Origin: Macrostomum hystrix
Taxonomy: Eukaryota > Animalia > Platyhelminthes
Direction of reading: 5' to 3'
Assembly: GCA_950097015.1 (NCBI GenBank)
Contig: CATNEN010000039.1
Location: forward strand, 7,254,001 to 7,318,000
DNA length: 64,000 nt
How positions within the stretch are numbered: the first letter of the stretch is position 1; every line of letters begins with the position of its first letter. The notes beneath the pieces were generated by a model that had not been told where the DNA came from, ran no database searches, and worked only from the letters and a program-made list of their open reading frames with translations. Both the position numbers and the translations under genes were made by a program. Below are positions 24,092-37,300 of this stretch, piece by piece.

Positions 24092-24314
24092 AGCAGCTCG
24101 CATGAACATTGTTGCTATTGGCAATAGCACGAATAGAATCGAGTGGAAAAGCATTGTATCGCCTGGAGTCTAGCCTGCTTTTCAAGAACTGCGTGGATGC
24201 GTTTTTTCGCGTGAAACGAACAATATTTTCTCTCTTTTTGTACATGTCACTCGTAGGGCTTTGTGACTTTGAAACCTCGCCGGACCACTTTCAGGGGGGT
24301 TCAGAAATGAGGAC

Positions 24315-27300
24315 GATAGCTGGTGCTTATGATAGCTGATGCTTATGATAGCTGATGCTTATGATAGCTGATACTTATGATAGCTGAAGCTTATGATAGC
24401 TGATGCTTATGATAGCTGATGCTTATGATAGCTGATGCTTATGATAGCTGATGCTTATGATAGCTGATGCTTATGATAGCTGATGCTTATGATATAAGCT
24501 GAAGCTTATGATAGCTGATGCTTATGATAGCTGATGCTTATGACAGCTGATGCTTATGATATAAGCTGAAGCTTATGATAGCTGATGCTTATGATAGCTG
24601 ATGCTTATGATAGCTGATGCTTATGATAGCTGATGCTTATGATAGCTGATGCTTATGATAGCTGATGCTTATGATAGCTGATGCTTATGATAGCTGATGC
24701 TTATGATAGCTGATGCTTATGACAGCTGATGCTTATGATATAAGCTGAAGCTTATGATAGCTGATGCTTATGACAGCTGAAGCTTATGATAGCTGATGCT
24801 TATGATAGCTGATGCTTATGATAGCTGATGCTTATGATAGCTGATGCTTATGATAGCTGATGCTTATGATAGCTGATGCTTATGACAGCTGATGCTTATG
24901 ATATAAGCTGAAGCTTATGATAGCTGATGCTTATGATAGCTGATGCTTATGATAGCTGATGCTTATGATAGCTGATGCTTATGATAGCTGATGCTTATGA
25001 TAGCTGATGCTTATGATAGCTGATGCTTATGATAGCTGAAGCTTATGATAGCTGATGCTTATGACAGCTGATGCTTATGATATAAGCTGAAGCTTATGAT
25101 AGCTGATGCTTATGATAGCTCATGCTTATGATATAAGCTGAAGCTTATGATAGCTGATGCTTATGATAGCTGATGCTTATGATAACTGATGCTTATGATA
25201 GCTGATGCTTATGATAGCTGATGCTTATGATAGCTGATGCTTATGATAGCTGAAGCTTATGAGAGCTGATGCTTATGACAGCTGATGCTTATGATATAAG
25301 CTGAAGCTTATGATAGCTGATGCTTATGATAGCTGATGCTTATGATAGCTGATGCTTATGATAGCTGATGCTTATGATAGCTGATGCTTATGATAGCTGA
25401 TGCTTATGATAGCTGATGCTTATGACAGCTGATGCTTATGATATAAGCTGAAGCTTATGATAGCTGATGCTTAAGACAGCTGAAGCTTATGATAGCTGAT
25501 GCTTATGATAGCTGATGCTTATGATAGCTGATGCTTATGATAGCTGATGCTTATGATAGCTGATGCTTATGATAGCTGATGCTTATGACAGCTGATGCTT
25601 TTGATATAAGCTGAAGCTTATGATAGCTGATGCTTATGATAGCTGATGCTTATGATAGCTGATGCTTATGATAGCTGATGCTTATGATAGCTGATGCTTA
25701 TGATAGCTGATGCTTATGATAGCTGATGCTTATGATAGCTGAAGCTTATGATAGCTGATGCTTATGACAGCTGATGCTTATGATATAAGCTGAAGCTTAT
25801 GATAGCTGATGCTTATGATAGCTCACGCTTATGATATAAGCTGAAGCTTATGATAGCTGATGCTTATGATAGCTGAAGCTTATGATAGCTGATGCTTATG
25901 ATAGCTGATGCTTATGATAGCTGAAGCTTATGATAGCTGATGCTTATGACAGCTGATGCTTATGATATAAGCTGAAGCTTATGATAGCTGATGCTTATGA
26001 TAGCTGATGCTTATGATAGCTGATGCTTATGATAGCTGATGCTTATGATAGCTGATGCTTATGATAGCTGATGCTTATGATAGCTGATGCTTATGATAGC
26101 TGATGCTTATGATAGCTGAAGCTTATGATAGCTGATGCTTATGACAGCTGAAGCTTATGATATAAGCTGAAGCTTATGATAGCTGATGCTTATGATAGCT
26201 GATGCTTATGATATAAGCTGAAGCTTATGATAGCTGATGCTTATGATAGCTGATGCTTATGACAGCTGATGCTTATGATATAAGCTGAAGCTTATGATAG
26301 CTGATGCTTATGATAGCTGATGCTTATGATAGCTGATGCTTATGATAGCTGATGCTTATGATAGCTGATGCTTATGATAGCTGAAGCTTATGATAGCTGA
26401 TGCTTATGACAGCTGAAGCTTATGATATAAGCTGAAGCTTATGATAGCTGATGCTTATGATAGCTGATGCTTATGATATAAGCTGAAGCTTATGATAGCT
26501 GATGCTTATGATAGCTGAGGCTTATGACAGCTGATGCTTATGATATAAGCTGAAGCTTATGATAGCTGATGCTTATGATAGCTGATGCTTATGATAGCTG
26601 ATGCTTATGATAGCTGATGCTTATGATAGCTGATGCTTATGATATAAGCTGAAGCTTATGATAGCTGATGCTTATGATAGCTGATGCTTATGATAGCTGA
26701 TGCTTATGATAGCTGATGCTTATGATAGCTGATGCTTATGATAGCTGATGCTTATGATAGCTGATGCTTATGATATAAGCTGAAGCTTATGATAGCTGAT
26801 GCTTATGATAGCTGATGCTTATGATAGCTGATGCTTATGATAGCTGATGCTTATGATAGCTGATGCTTATGATAGCTGATGCTTATGATAGCTGATGCTT
26901 ATGATAGCTGAAGCTTATGATAGCTGATGCTTATGACAGCTGAAGCTTATGATATAAGCTGAAGCTTATGATAGCCGATGCTTATGATAGCTGATGCTTA
27001 TGACAGCTGATGCTTATGATATAAGCTGAAGCTTATGATAGCTGATGCTTATGACAGCTGAAGCTTATGATATAAGCTGAAGCTTATGATAGCTGATGCT
27101 TATGATAGCTGATGCTTATGATATAAGCTGAAGCTTATGATAGCTGATGCTTATGATAGCTGATGCTTATGATAGCTGATGCTTATGATAGCTGAAGCTT
27201 ATGATAGCTGATGCTTATGATAGCTGATGCTTATAATAGCTGATGCTTATGATAGCTGAAGCTTATGATAGCTGATGCTTATGATAGCTGATGCTTATGA

Positions 27301-30300
27301 TAGCTGATGCTTATGATAGCTGATGCTTATGATAGCTGATGTTTATGATAGCTGATGTTTATGACAGCTGATGCTTATGATAGCTGAAGCTTATGATAGC
27401 TGATGTTTATGATATAAGCTGAAGCTTATGATAGCTGATGCTTATGATAGCTGATGCTTATGATAGCTGAAGCTTATGATAGCTGATGCTTATGATAGCT
27501 GATGTTTATGATAGCTGATGCTTATGATAGCTGATGCTTATGATAGCTGAAGCTTATGATAGCTGATGCTTATGATAGCTGAAGCTTATGATAGCTGATG
27601 CTTATGATAGCTGATGCTTATGATAGCTGATGCTTATGATAGCTGATGCTTATGATAGCTGAAGCTTATGATAGCTGAAGCTTATGATAGCTGATGCTTA
27701 TGATAGCTCATGCTTATGATATAAGCTGAAGCTTATGATAGCTGAAGCTTATGATAGCTGAAGCTTATGATAGCTGAAGCTTATGATAGCTGATGCTTAT
27801 GATAGCTGAAGCTTATGATAGCTGAAGCTTATGATAGCTGATGCTTATGATAGCTGATGCTTATGATAGCTGATGCTTATGATAGCTGATGCTTATGATA
27901 GCTGAAGCTTATGATAGCTGATGCTTATGATAGCTGATGCTTATGATAGCTGATGCTTATGATAGCTGAAGCTTATGATAGCTGATGCTTATGATAGCTG
28001 AAGCTTATGATAGCTGATGCTTATGATAGCTGATGCTTATGATAGCTGATGCTTATGATAGCTGATGCTTATGATAGCTGATGCTTATGATAGCTGATGC
28101 TTATGATAGCTGATGCTTATGATAGCTGAAGCTTATGATAGCTGATGCTTATGATAGCTGATGCTTATGATAGCTCATGCTTATGATATAAGCTGAAGCT
28201 TATGATAGCTGAAGCTTATGATAGCTGAAGCTTATGATAGCTGAAGCTTATGATAGCTGATGCTTATGATAGCTGAAGCTTATGATAGCTGAAGCTTATG
28301 ATAGCTGATGCTTATGATAGCTGATGCTTATGATAGCTGATGCTTATGATAGCTGATGCTTATGATAGCTGAAGCTTATGATAGCTGATGCTTATGATAG
28401 CTGATGCTTATGATAGCTGATGCTTATGATAGCTGAAGCTTATGATAGCTGATGCTTATGATAGCTGAAGCTTATGATAGCTGATGCTTATGATAGCTGA
28501 TGCTTATGATAGCTGATGCTTATGATAGCTCATGCTTATGATAGCTGAAGCTTATGATAGCTGATGCTTATGATAGCTGATGCTTATGATATAAGCTGAA
28601 GCTTATGATAGCTGATGCTTATGATAGCTGAAGCTTATGATAGCTGATGCTTATGATAGCTGATGCTTATGATATAAGCTGAAGCTTATGATAGCTGATG
28701 CTTATGATAGCTGAAGCTTATGATAGCTGATGCTTATGATAGCTGATGCTTATGATAGCTGAAGCTTATGATAGCTGATGCTTATGATAGCTGAAGCTTA
28801 TGATAGCTGATGCTTATGATAGCTGATGCTTATGATAGCTGATGCTTATGATAGCTGATGCTTATGATAGCTCATGCTTATGATAGCTGAAGCTTATGAT
28901 AGCTGATGCTTATGATAGCTGATGCTTATGATATAAGCTGAAGCTTATGATAGCTGATGCTTATGATAGCTGAAGCTTATGATAGCTGATGCTTATGATA
29001 GCTGATGCTTATGATATAAGCTGAAGCTTATGATAGCTGATGCTTATGATAGCTGAAGCTTATGATAGCTGATGTTTATGATAGCTGATGCTTATGATAG
29101 CTGATGCTTATGATAGCTGATGCTTATGATAGCTGATGCTTATGATAGCTGAAGCTTATGATAGCTGATGCTTATGATAGCTGATGCTTATGATAGCTGA
29201 TGCTTATGATAGCTGATGTTTATGATAGCTGATGCTTATGATAGCTGATGCTTATGATAGCTGAAGCTTATGATAGCTGATGTTTATGATAGCTGATGCT
29301 TATGATAGCTGATGCTTATGATAGCTGATGCTTATGATAGCTGATGCTTATGATAGCTGAAGCTTATGATAGCTGATGCTTATGATAGCTGATGCTTATG
29401 ATAGCTGATGCTTATGATAGCTGATGCTTATGATAGCTGATGCTTATGATATAAGCTGATGCTTATGATAGCTGATGCTTATGATAGCTGAAGCTTATGA
29501 TAGCTGATGCTTATGATAGCTGATGCTTATGATAGCTGATGCTTATGATAGCTGAAGCTTATGATAGCTGATGCTTATGATAGCTGAAGCTTATGATAGC
29601 TGAAGCTTATGATAGCTGAAGCTTATGATAGCTGATGCTTATGATAGCTCATGCTTATGATATAAGCTGAAGCTTATGATAGCTGAAGCTTATGATAGCT
29701 GAAGCTTATGATAGCTGATGCTTATGATAGCTCATGCTTATGATATAAGCTGAAGCTTATGATAGCTGAAGCTTATGATAGCTGAAGCTTATGATAGCTG
29801 AAGCTTATGATAGCTGATGCTTATGATAGCTGAAGCTTATGATAGCTGAAGCTTATGATAGCTGATGCTTATGATAGCTGATGCTTATGATAGCTGATGC
29901 TTATGATAGCTGATGCTTATGATAGCTGAAGCTTATGATAGCTGATGCTTATGATAGCTGATGCTTATGATAGCTGATGCTTATGATAGCTGAAGCTTAT
30001 GATAGCTGATGCTTATGATAGCTGAAGCTTATGATAGCTGATGCTTATGATAGCTGATGCTTATGATAGCTGATGCTTATGATAGCTCATGCTTATGATA
30101 GCTCATGCTTATGATAGCTGAAGCTTATGATAGCTGATGCTTATGATAGCTGATGCTTATGATATAAGCTGAAGCTTATGATAGCTGATGCTTATGATAG
30201 CTGAAGCTTATGATAGCTGATGCTTATGATAGCTGATGCTTATGATATAAGCTGAAGCTTATGATAGCTGATGCTTATGATAGCTGAAGCTTATGATAGC

Positions 30301-31963
30301 TGATGCTTATGATAGCTGATGCTTATGATAGCTGAAGCTTATGATAGCTGATGCTTATGATAGCTGAAGCTTATGATAGCTGATGCTTATGATAGCTGAT
30401 GCTTATGATAGCTGATGCTTATGATAGCTGATGCTTATGATAGCTCATGCTTATGATAGCTGAAGCTTATGATAGCTGATGCTTATGATAGCTGATGCTT
30501 ATGATATAAGCTGAAGCTTATGATAGCTGATGCTTATGATAGCTGAAGCTTATGATAGCTGATGCTTATGATAGCTGATGCTTATGATATAAGCTGAAGC
30601 TTATGATAGCTGATGCTTATGATAGCTGAAGCTTATGATAGCTGATGTTTATGATAGCTGATGCTTATGATAGCTGATGCTTATGATAGCTGATGCTTAT
30701 GATAGCTGATGCTTATGATAGCTGAAGCTTATGATAGCTGATGCTTATGATAGCTGATGCTTATGATAGCTGATGCTTATGATAGCTGATGTTTATGATA
30801 GCTGATGCTTATGATAGCTGATGCTTATGATAGCTGAAGCTTATGATAGCTGATGTTTATGATAGCTGATGCTTATGATAGCTGATGCTTATGATAGCTG
30901 ATGCTTATGATAGCTGATGCTTATGATAGCTGAAGCTTATGATAGCTGATGCTTATGATAGCTGATGCTTATGATAGCTGATGCTTATGATAGCTGATGC
31001 TTATGATAGCTGATGCTTATGATATAAGCTGATGCTTATGATAGCTGATGCTTATGATAGCTGAAGCTTATGATAGCTGATGCTTATGATAGCTGATGCT
31101 TATGATAGCTGATGCTTATGATAGCTGAAGCTTATGATAGCTGATGCTTATGATAGCTGATGCTTATGATAGCTGATGCTTATGATAGCTGATGCTTATG
31201 ATAGCTGATGCTTATGATATAAGCTGATGCTTATGATAGCTGATGCTTATGATAGCTGAAGCTTATGATAGCTGATGCTTATGATAGCTGATGCTTATGA
31301 TAGCTGATGCTTATGATAGCTGAAGCTTATGATAGCTGATGCTTATGATAGCTGAAGCTTATGATAGCTGATGCTTATGATAGCTGATGCTTATGATAGC
31401 TGATGCTTATGACAGCTGAAGCTTATGATAGCTGATGCTTATGATAGCTGATGCTTATGATAGCTGATGCTTATGATATAAGCTGATGCTTATGATAGCT
31501 GATGCTTATGATAGCTGAAGCTTATGATAGCTGAAGCTTATGATAGCTGATGCTTATGATAGCTGATGCTTATGATAGCTGAAGCTTATGATAGCTGATG
31601 CTTATGATAGCTGATGCTTATGATAGCTGATGCTTATGATAGCTGAAGCTTATGATAGCTGATGCTTATGATAGCTGAAGCTTATGATAGCTGATGCTTA
31701 TGATAGCTGATGCTTATGATAGCTGATGCTTATGACAGCTGAAGCTTATGATAGCTGATGCTTATGATAGCTGATGCTTATGATAGCTGATGCTTATGAC
31801 AGCTGAAGCTTATGATAGCTGATGCTTATGATAGCTGAAGCTTATGATAGCTGAAGCTTATGATAGCTGATGCTTATGATAGCTGATGCTTATGATAGCT
31901 GAAGCTTATGATAGCTGATGCTTATGATAGCTGATGCTTATGATAGCTGAAGCTTATGATAGC
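24315..31963. repeat. 7.6-kb satellite of a 16-bp unit
   Basis: Unit GATAGCTGATGCTTAT with variants GAAGCTT, GACAGCT, GCTCATG, GATGTTT and a 19-bp GATATAAGCTGAAGCTTAT. Confidence 0.98.
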
Positions 31964-33009
31964 GAGGCGAAGGAAGCGAGAAAAACGACGGGATTTTCTT
32001 TTACTCGTATAATACGAGCAATAAACGAAATATAACACAGTATTTTGCCATGAAAAATGGAATTTTTTTTCTGAGCATGTTTCTGTGTCTGATACGAAAC
32101 GAGTAACTAGCGAGGCAACAAGTGTCAGCCTTCAAATTTACGAGACCTACGAGACTGGCTCGTAAACCAGCCAGTTTCCATACACCCACACGCATGGGTA
32201 ATGAGTCTAAGAAGTCCATCTGAAGGACTGCAATTATCTGTGAATTTGCAGCTTTTAAACCTGGAAAGGCGAGACCTGAAAATTTATCTTCTTAAGGCAC
32301 ATAAGCTGGACTTAACGTGGGGCTTTTAAACTAACAACTAAAACTTTTTAATTCGGATTAAAAGGCCAGGCTCAAAAGCCCATTAATTGCTTTCCTGTAT
32401 TTTTTATCTAATGCGTTTCTGCTACATATGGTAAAAGTAAAAGGAAGGTCTAATTGTCCTCAGGTTGTCATATTACATTTTTGCCACCCGAAATGACAAC
32501 CGCATTTACGTTAAACGCAACACTCCCAAATATGTCCTACGTCAGGGCAGTGTGTACACTTTCACCTTGCACCTTGGAGGTTGGCACTCAATGGCGTAAA
32601 TTGCATGACAAACCTCTAATATAAGACTCCTATTTGGCTGCGCCACAAATTAAAGCAAAACGCGTTATTTACTACTCAAACCGTATTAGCGTTTTATTGA
32701 AAAAATAGTAGAGTCAATAGAGCGAGTAATAATTGGACAGGTTCACAACAAATCGGCATGATGTGAGTTCGGATCGATAGTTCCTTGCTTTCCATCGTTG
32801 TCTGTCTGCGTCCTTATCAGAGAGTGCACCAACTCCATATTGCGAGCATCAAAGTGCAGTAGCTCGTAGTGTCAGCAGGAAAATGTTGTATGCCGTGAGG
32901 CCATTCCACTGGGAATTGGACGGCTACAAAGAGAGTGATAAATTTAGAGTAGGATAAATTAATGATTTTGTCGATTCTTTCGTATGTTTCTAGGTTAACA
33001 AAGTTTGTG

Positions 33010-33380
33010 TCATGGCCTTTCTATTATTGGTGAAGAAGAAGGCTCTCGACCGCAGAGGAAACCCAGAGACAGCCGATCGAATCGAATCGATCAGGTGGAC
33101 GCTCGTGGTCGTACTCGAGCTTCTCGGACCAGGTGTCTACCTGCAGTGGGTGCCGCCTGCCGCCGCCGACGACGAGAGACCTCACTCTCATCGGGTAACT
33201 TGTCGGGCTACCCGGACCTGCGAGCCTTCCAGGCCGCCATCGGCTCCAAACGTTGCGCCCGCTTGCCGTTTCTGTGTCGAGGGCGAGAAGATTGCCTCCC
33301 ACCTGGCCCGGAGCCCGCGGTGGTTTTCGTGAGCTTCCATGCAGTGCTAGACTTCTTCTAGAAGGCGGTCGTCCTCTGAT
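33010..33380 (+). mobile_element. Decayed 3' fragment of a LINE (RNase H-type LQWVP motif and C-terminal Cys/His knuckle)
   Basis: VYLQWVP, PACRFC..GEK..SHL and AVLDFF in shifting frames. Confidence 0.5.
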
Positions 33381-34372
33381 GGCTGGTGCCTTTAGCGTAG
33401 CTGGTCGGTGTGGCAACGAGCGTCGGCCTGGTGGCCAGCACGAGAAAGACCATTGGGCTCTGCATGACTGAGATCGAGACCGCAAATTTCCGACGATGCA
33501 CTGACTGGCAATGGAGCTTTCTCGCTGTCAGCAGTTTGTCTGAGGCGACGCTGCAGGCTTTTGGCCATCCTGCAGTCCTAGGCCCTGTCCTAGGGCGACG
33601 CTGCTCCATACGGTGGTCGAGTTGGTCTTGATTTTCAGAGCTGAGTTCGATCAGCGACGAACGCGTCACTAACCGAACGGGTACTTTATAGCGGGCTGCC
33701 TTGACAACTGGTCATCAACTTCAGCTTTTAGGCCATCATCCTCTCTGTCACCTTCTAACAGCAGCCGTTGCTGTGGATGCTGATGTGTTTCGTCCGACGT
33801 CACACAAAACAGTTAATTTTGTGCGAGACAAACCGATCGCGAAATTCTCATTGACTGTGTAGTCAGCCTAAAAAGCGATGAAAAAATCCGCCTGATTCCA
33901 TTAAGCAGTCTCTACGCATTCCCTTGAGAGTCGTGAGCTGTGATCGCGGTGGTGGAATCAAATGAATAGAATCAGCGCGTAAAAGTATGCGCAGTTATAA
34001 CAGGCTCAGACGCAGGGCTCACTAATGCACTTCGCCGTGCGATTAGCATCGGTAATGCATGGTGCATGGCCTCTACGGACCGCCCGACTGAAATCAACGA
34101 GTTTAGATCCAGCTTCAATTATCAATGAGACTGGAATATACTGACTAAGATTATGAAGAAAATGGTGAACGAAAAAAAGCCTTGTGCGAAGTAAAGACTG
34201 CTCAGTAAGGAGTCCCAGCCAATCAGAAGGCTCGCAGCAATCAATCCCTGTCTGTATTTATAGCGGTCACATAACAGGGTCAATTACAAATCACAAAAGC
34301 AGATTAAAAAACTGGGATATAAGGACAAAAAGTGCAGCAACCTAAAACCTCCGAAAGTTATATAAGCAGAGG

Positions 34373-37300
34373 ATGAAGCACGTCAGACCGCAGACGGGCC
34401 AGCAGCCAACAGCTCCGAGCCAGTCTCTGAAGCAATTCTGCCAGTACACAACGGCACACGGCTTGGGCCGGTTTCAGTCGCAGAGCAGCCTCTACGGTCG
34501 ACTCATCTGGCTGACCTTTCTCATTGGGACTTACAGCGGATTCGCGTATCACATGTACACGCTGTTCGATCGGTTCTTTAGCCTGCCACTGCTCACAAGC
34601 TTTACTACTACGCTGGCTTATCGATTTCCAGACGTTTACCTGTGTCCGAACGATGCTCTGTCAATCAGTAAGCTCACTGACCAGTCCCAAGCTGTAGAGT
34701 TGAACTCGCTGCTGAACTGCGACACCAAGTGCAAACTGGACTTCTTGGCCTTCGATATCATTGGGGCCAAGCCCAATCCGCTGACCAGACCACCGAGGCT
34801 CAATCAGCCGGCTTTGGCTCTGTCCGACACGCTGGCCGCCGTTGAGACCGGACTCACGCACGAGTTTCGCTTCATCATGCAGCGAGGTGAGACAGCTAGG
34901 CTTGGTTGAGTTTTTGCGATGTCCACGATTGTCCACGACAGCGACATGAGTGCGATTGCACATCATTTGGTGTTTGTAGGACCACAGTCAGCGAAGAGGC
35001 AATTCTGCCTATTTCGCCGACACCTGACGCAGGTATCAGGCATACACTAACACAGGGATGTGTACACCTGGCTTTCTCATCGTCGGGCAGTGCACACCTT
35101 CACTGTGCCTTGAAGGTTGGCCCTTATGCGAGACAATCGCCAAACCTTCACTCTGCTGCTGTCCCCCCAAATGAATGTGGCCTCGCCGCGGATTGGAACT
35201 CAGGGACCTTGGAACCTTATGCATACAAACTGTTTTTAAATAGTCATGCTTATGCTCTCGTTTAGACCAAATGGTTTTATTGTCTAATAGCATTAAGTCA
35301 TGGCCTCCAGCGTGGTACGTAAGCTGGGTGTTCAAACAAAGTGAGATTTCTTATTGTGCAACGCTTCAAGAACCATAGCACAGCTAGTCATTTTAGAGCT
35401 TGAGTAGCCTTGGCGATCAATACAGCTTTATACTAGTACTCAATCGACCAGCTCTTAGCACACTGATCGCAGATAATCATAAATATGCTCTAAGCCTGAG
35501 CATTTTAGCCGGTGTTTCCTGCTCAACAGATCAACACTCCGATCAACGGAGCATTTTATTGAGATTAAAAGAACGCATCGGGTGCGAGGAACAGACCCCT
35601 TCAGAGACTTCAGCTAGCTCATATAGACTCTCGTGTTTGTCAGCACAACGAAGGAGATTCTTACGGGGTCCTCAACTGCTTTCTAGATTCTATAAGTTGC
35701 ACAGATAGAAGGCCGATAAATTGAAGCGAACAATTGAAGGGAATTTAAAGCTTGAGTTACTGAGTAGTTTCCAAAGTACACTTGCCTTTCTCAGTGAAAA
35801 AACTCTTAAAATTAGAACGACCCGGGGCAGTGTTTCAAATACCCTAATCTTTATTTTTTCTTTATCTCTCAAAATATTTAAAATCTCCCAAAATCTCCCA
35901 AAATCCAGAGCACAGGCAAAACTTGCTCCGCTGTATAAGATGAAACAGCTTTCAGAATCACAAAACATCGGCATCGTCGAGATATTCAACGATTCTAGTG
36001 TAGACCAGTGCAGACTCACCATAGAGTTTATACAGACCAATGTTTGTTGTCCTTGTTACCAGGTCTCTGACAAGTATGACTGATGATCTCGACGATGCTA
36101 ACTCGGGCGGCTTGGAAAATTAGTTCATTGTAAAGAGCGGAAAATTTTGATACAGACGGTGGACTTTTAGGTAAATCGGTCATTCGGTTAGGGAGCAATC
36201 GTGAAGTAGTCAGCGGGTATTTGAAATACCTCCGTAGTCTTTCCCCAGGGGGGAAATATCCTGCTCTTTCTGCTGTTAATAATAAATAAAGTAGAATAGA
36301 AATTACATGACAGCCGATGCAGGCCAGATATGCAGACAAGTGGCTTCCAAAGACTGCATACAGCTGTTCAGTCCGTGGACTGTTTTTACAGAATTAATAA
36401 CACACATTTTCTCCCTTTAGCTGAGAACGCTTTGGTGTCCGTTAGACCAGTGGCTGCTGTGATGCCAGCATTTTCGGGTATTACTGCTCTGTTCAGCTTC
36501 GATTTCATTGCAAGTCGTCGGCCCCCACCCTGAGTGCAGTGTGAACTGAGGATTCAACTCGCCACAGTTTCTCATCTTAGGGTTTACAGACCGAGAAAAG
36601 GACAAAAATTTTGAAAAAAAACATTTCAGTGGCGTCGTATGAAATTAGCATTTTTTAGGACATTCGTTGGTGCAGTCCCTTGTGTCTGTGCGGTTGTTAA
36701 TTCTGGACTACAGAAATGCCTGCAGTCTACGACTGGAGTGGTCAGCTGGATATGTTATGTTTGCGCTCGTATTAATTCTGATGATCATTATTCCGCCTAC
36801 TCATGCCGCTGATCCCAAAGTCTAGAAGCACTTTTATTAATTAAGGATAATTTAATTCGTTGCAATTTGCATAGCTAACCATTGTGAGTACAGAAGTGTG
36901 GCTTTTGTTCCCCAGAGTGGTCCCTAATTATCTTGGCATTGTTCTCAACCTGAAATTTTCTAGACCGTTGACTCATTCCACAGTGACTCGTCTAGTTAGA
37001 GTGCCGCTAGCAAATCTGCATGCAATGCTCCCTCAAACTCCTCCTCCAAGCTGCATCGAAGTCAAACCGTCTGGAGTGCCGCTACACAGCCAGTGGCGAG
37101 GAGTATGGCGGGCAGACCAGCAGAGCCGCCATCTACTCGGTCAGCACACTCTACCAATCACTTCAGCCCGCCGAGTTGGACAATCGATCAGCGTCGAGCA
37201 TCGCAGTGCCGCTCCTGACCAGTGCGAGCTGTCTGGCCTGGAACGAGGCTGCCAGAAGGTTGGGCAGAATCGAGGGCCGATTCAGTACTAATGCTGGACA

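Noticed and set aside
24315-31963. CRISPR array
   Set aside because: Head-to-tail units with no unique spacers, no cas genes, and a eukaryotic context. The same applies to the other arrays.
35828-36231. hAT-like MITE (CAGTGTTTCAAATACCC ... GGGTATTTGAAATAC)
   Set aside because: Only a ~14-bp imperfect inverted repeat, no target-site duplication and no second copy in the window.
36884-37291. Alternative frame for ENaC exon 2 (acceptor at 36983)
   Set aside because: It hits a stop at 37291 and has no motif, whereas the frame entered at 37051 gives a kringle pattern and ends at a good GTGAGT donor.
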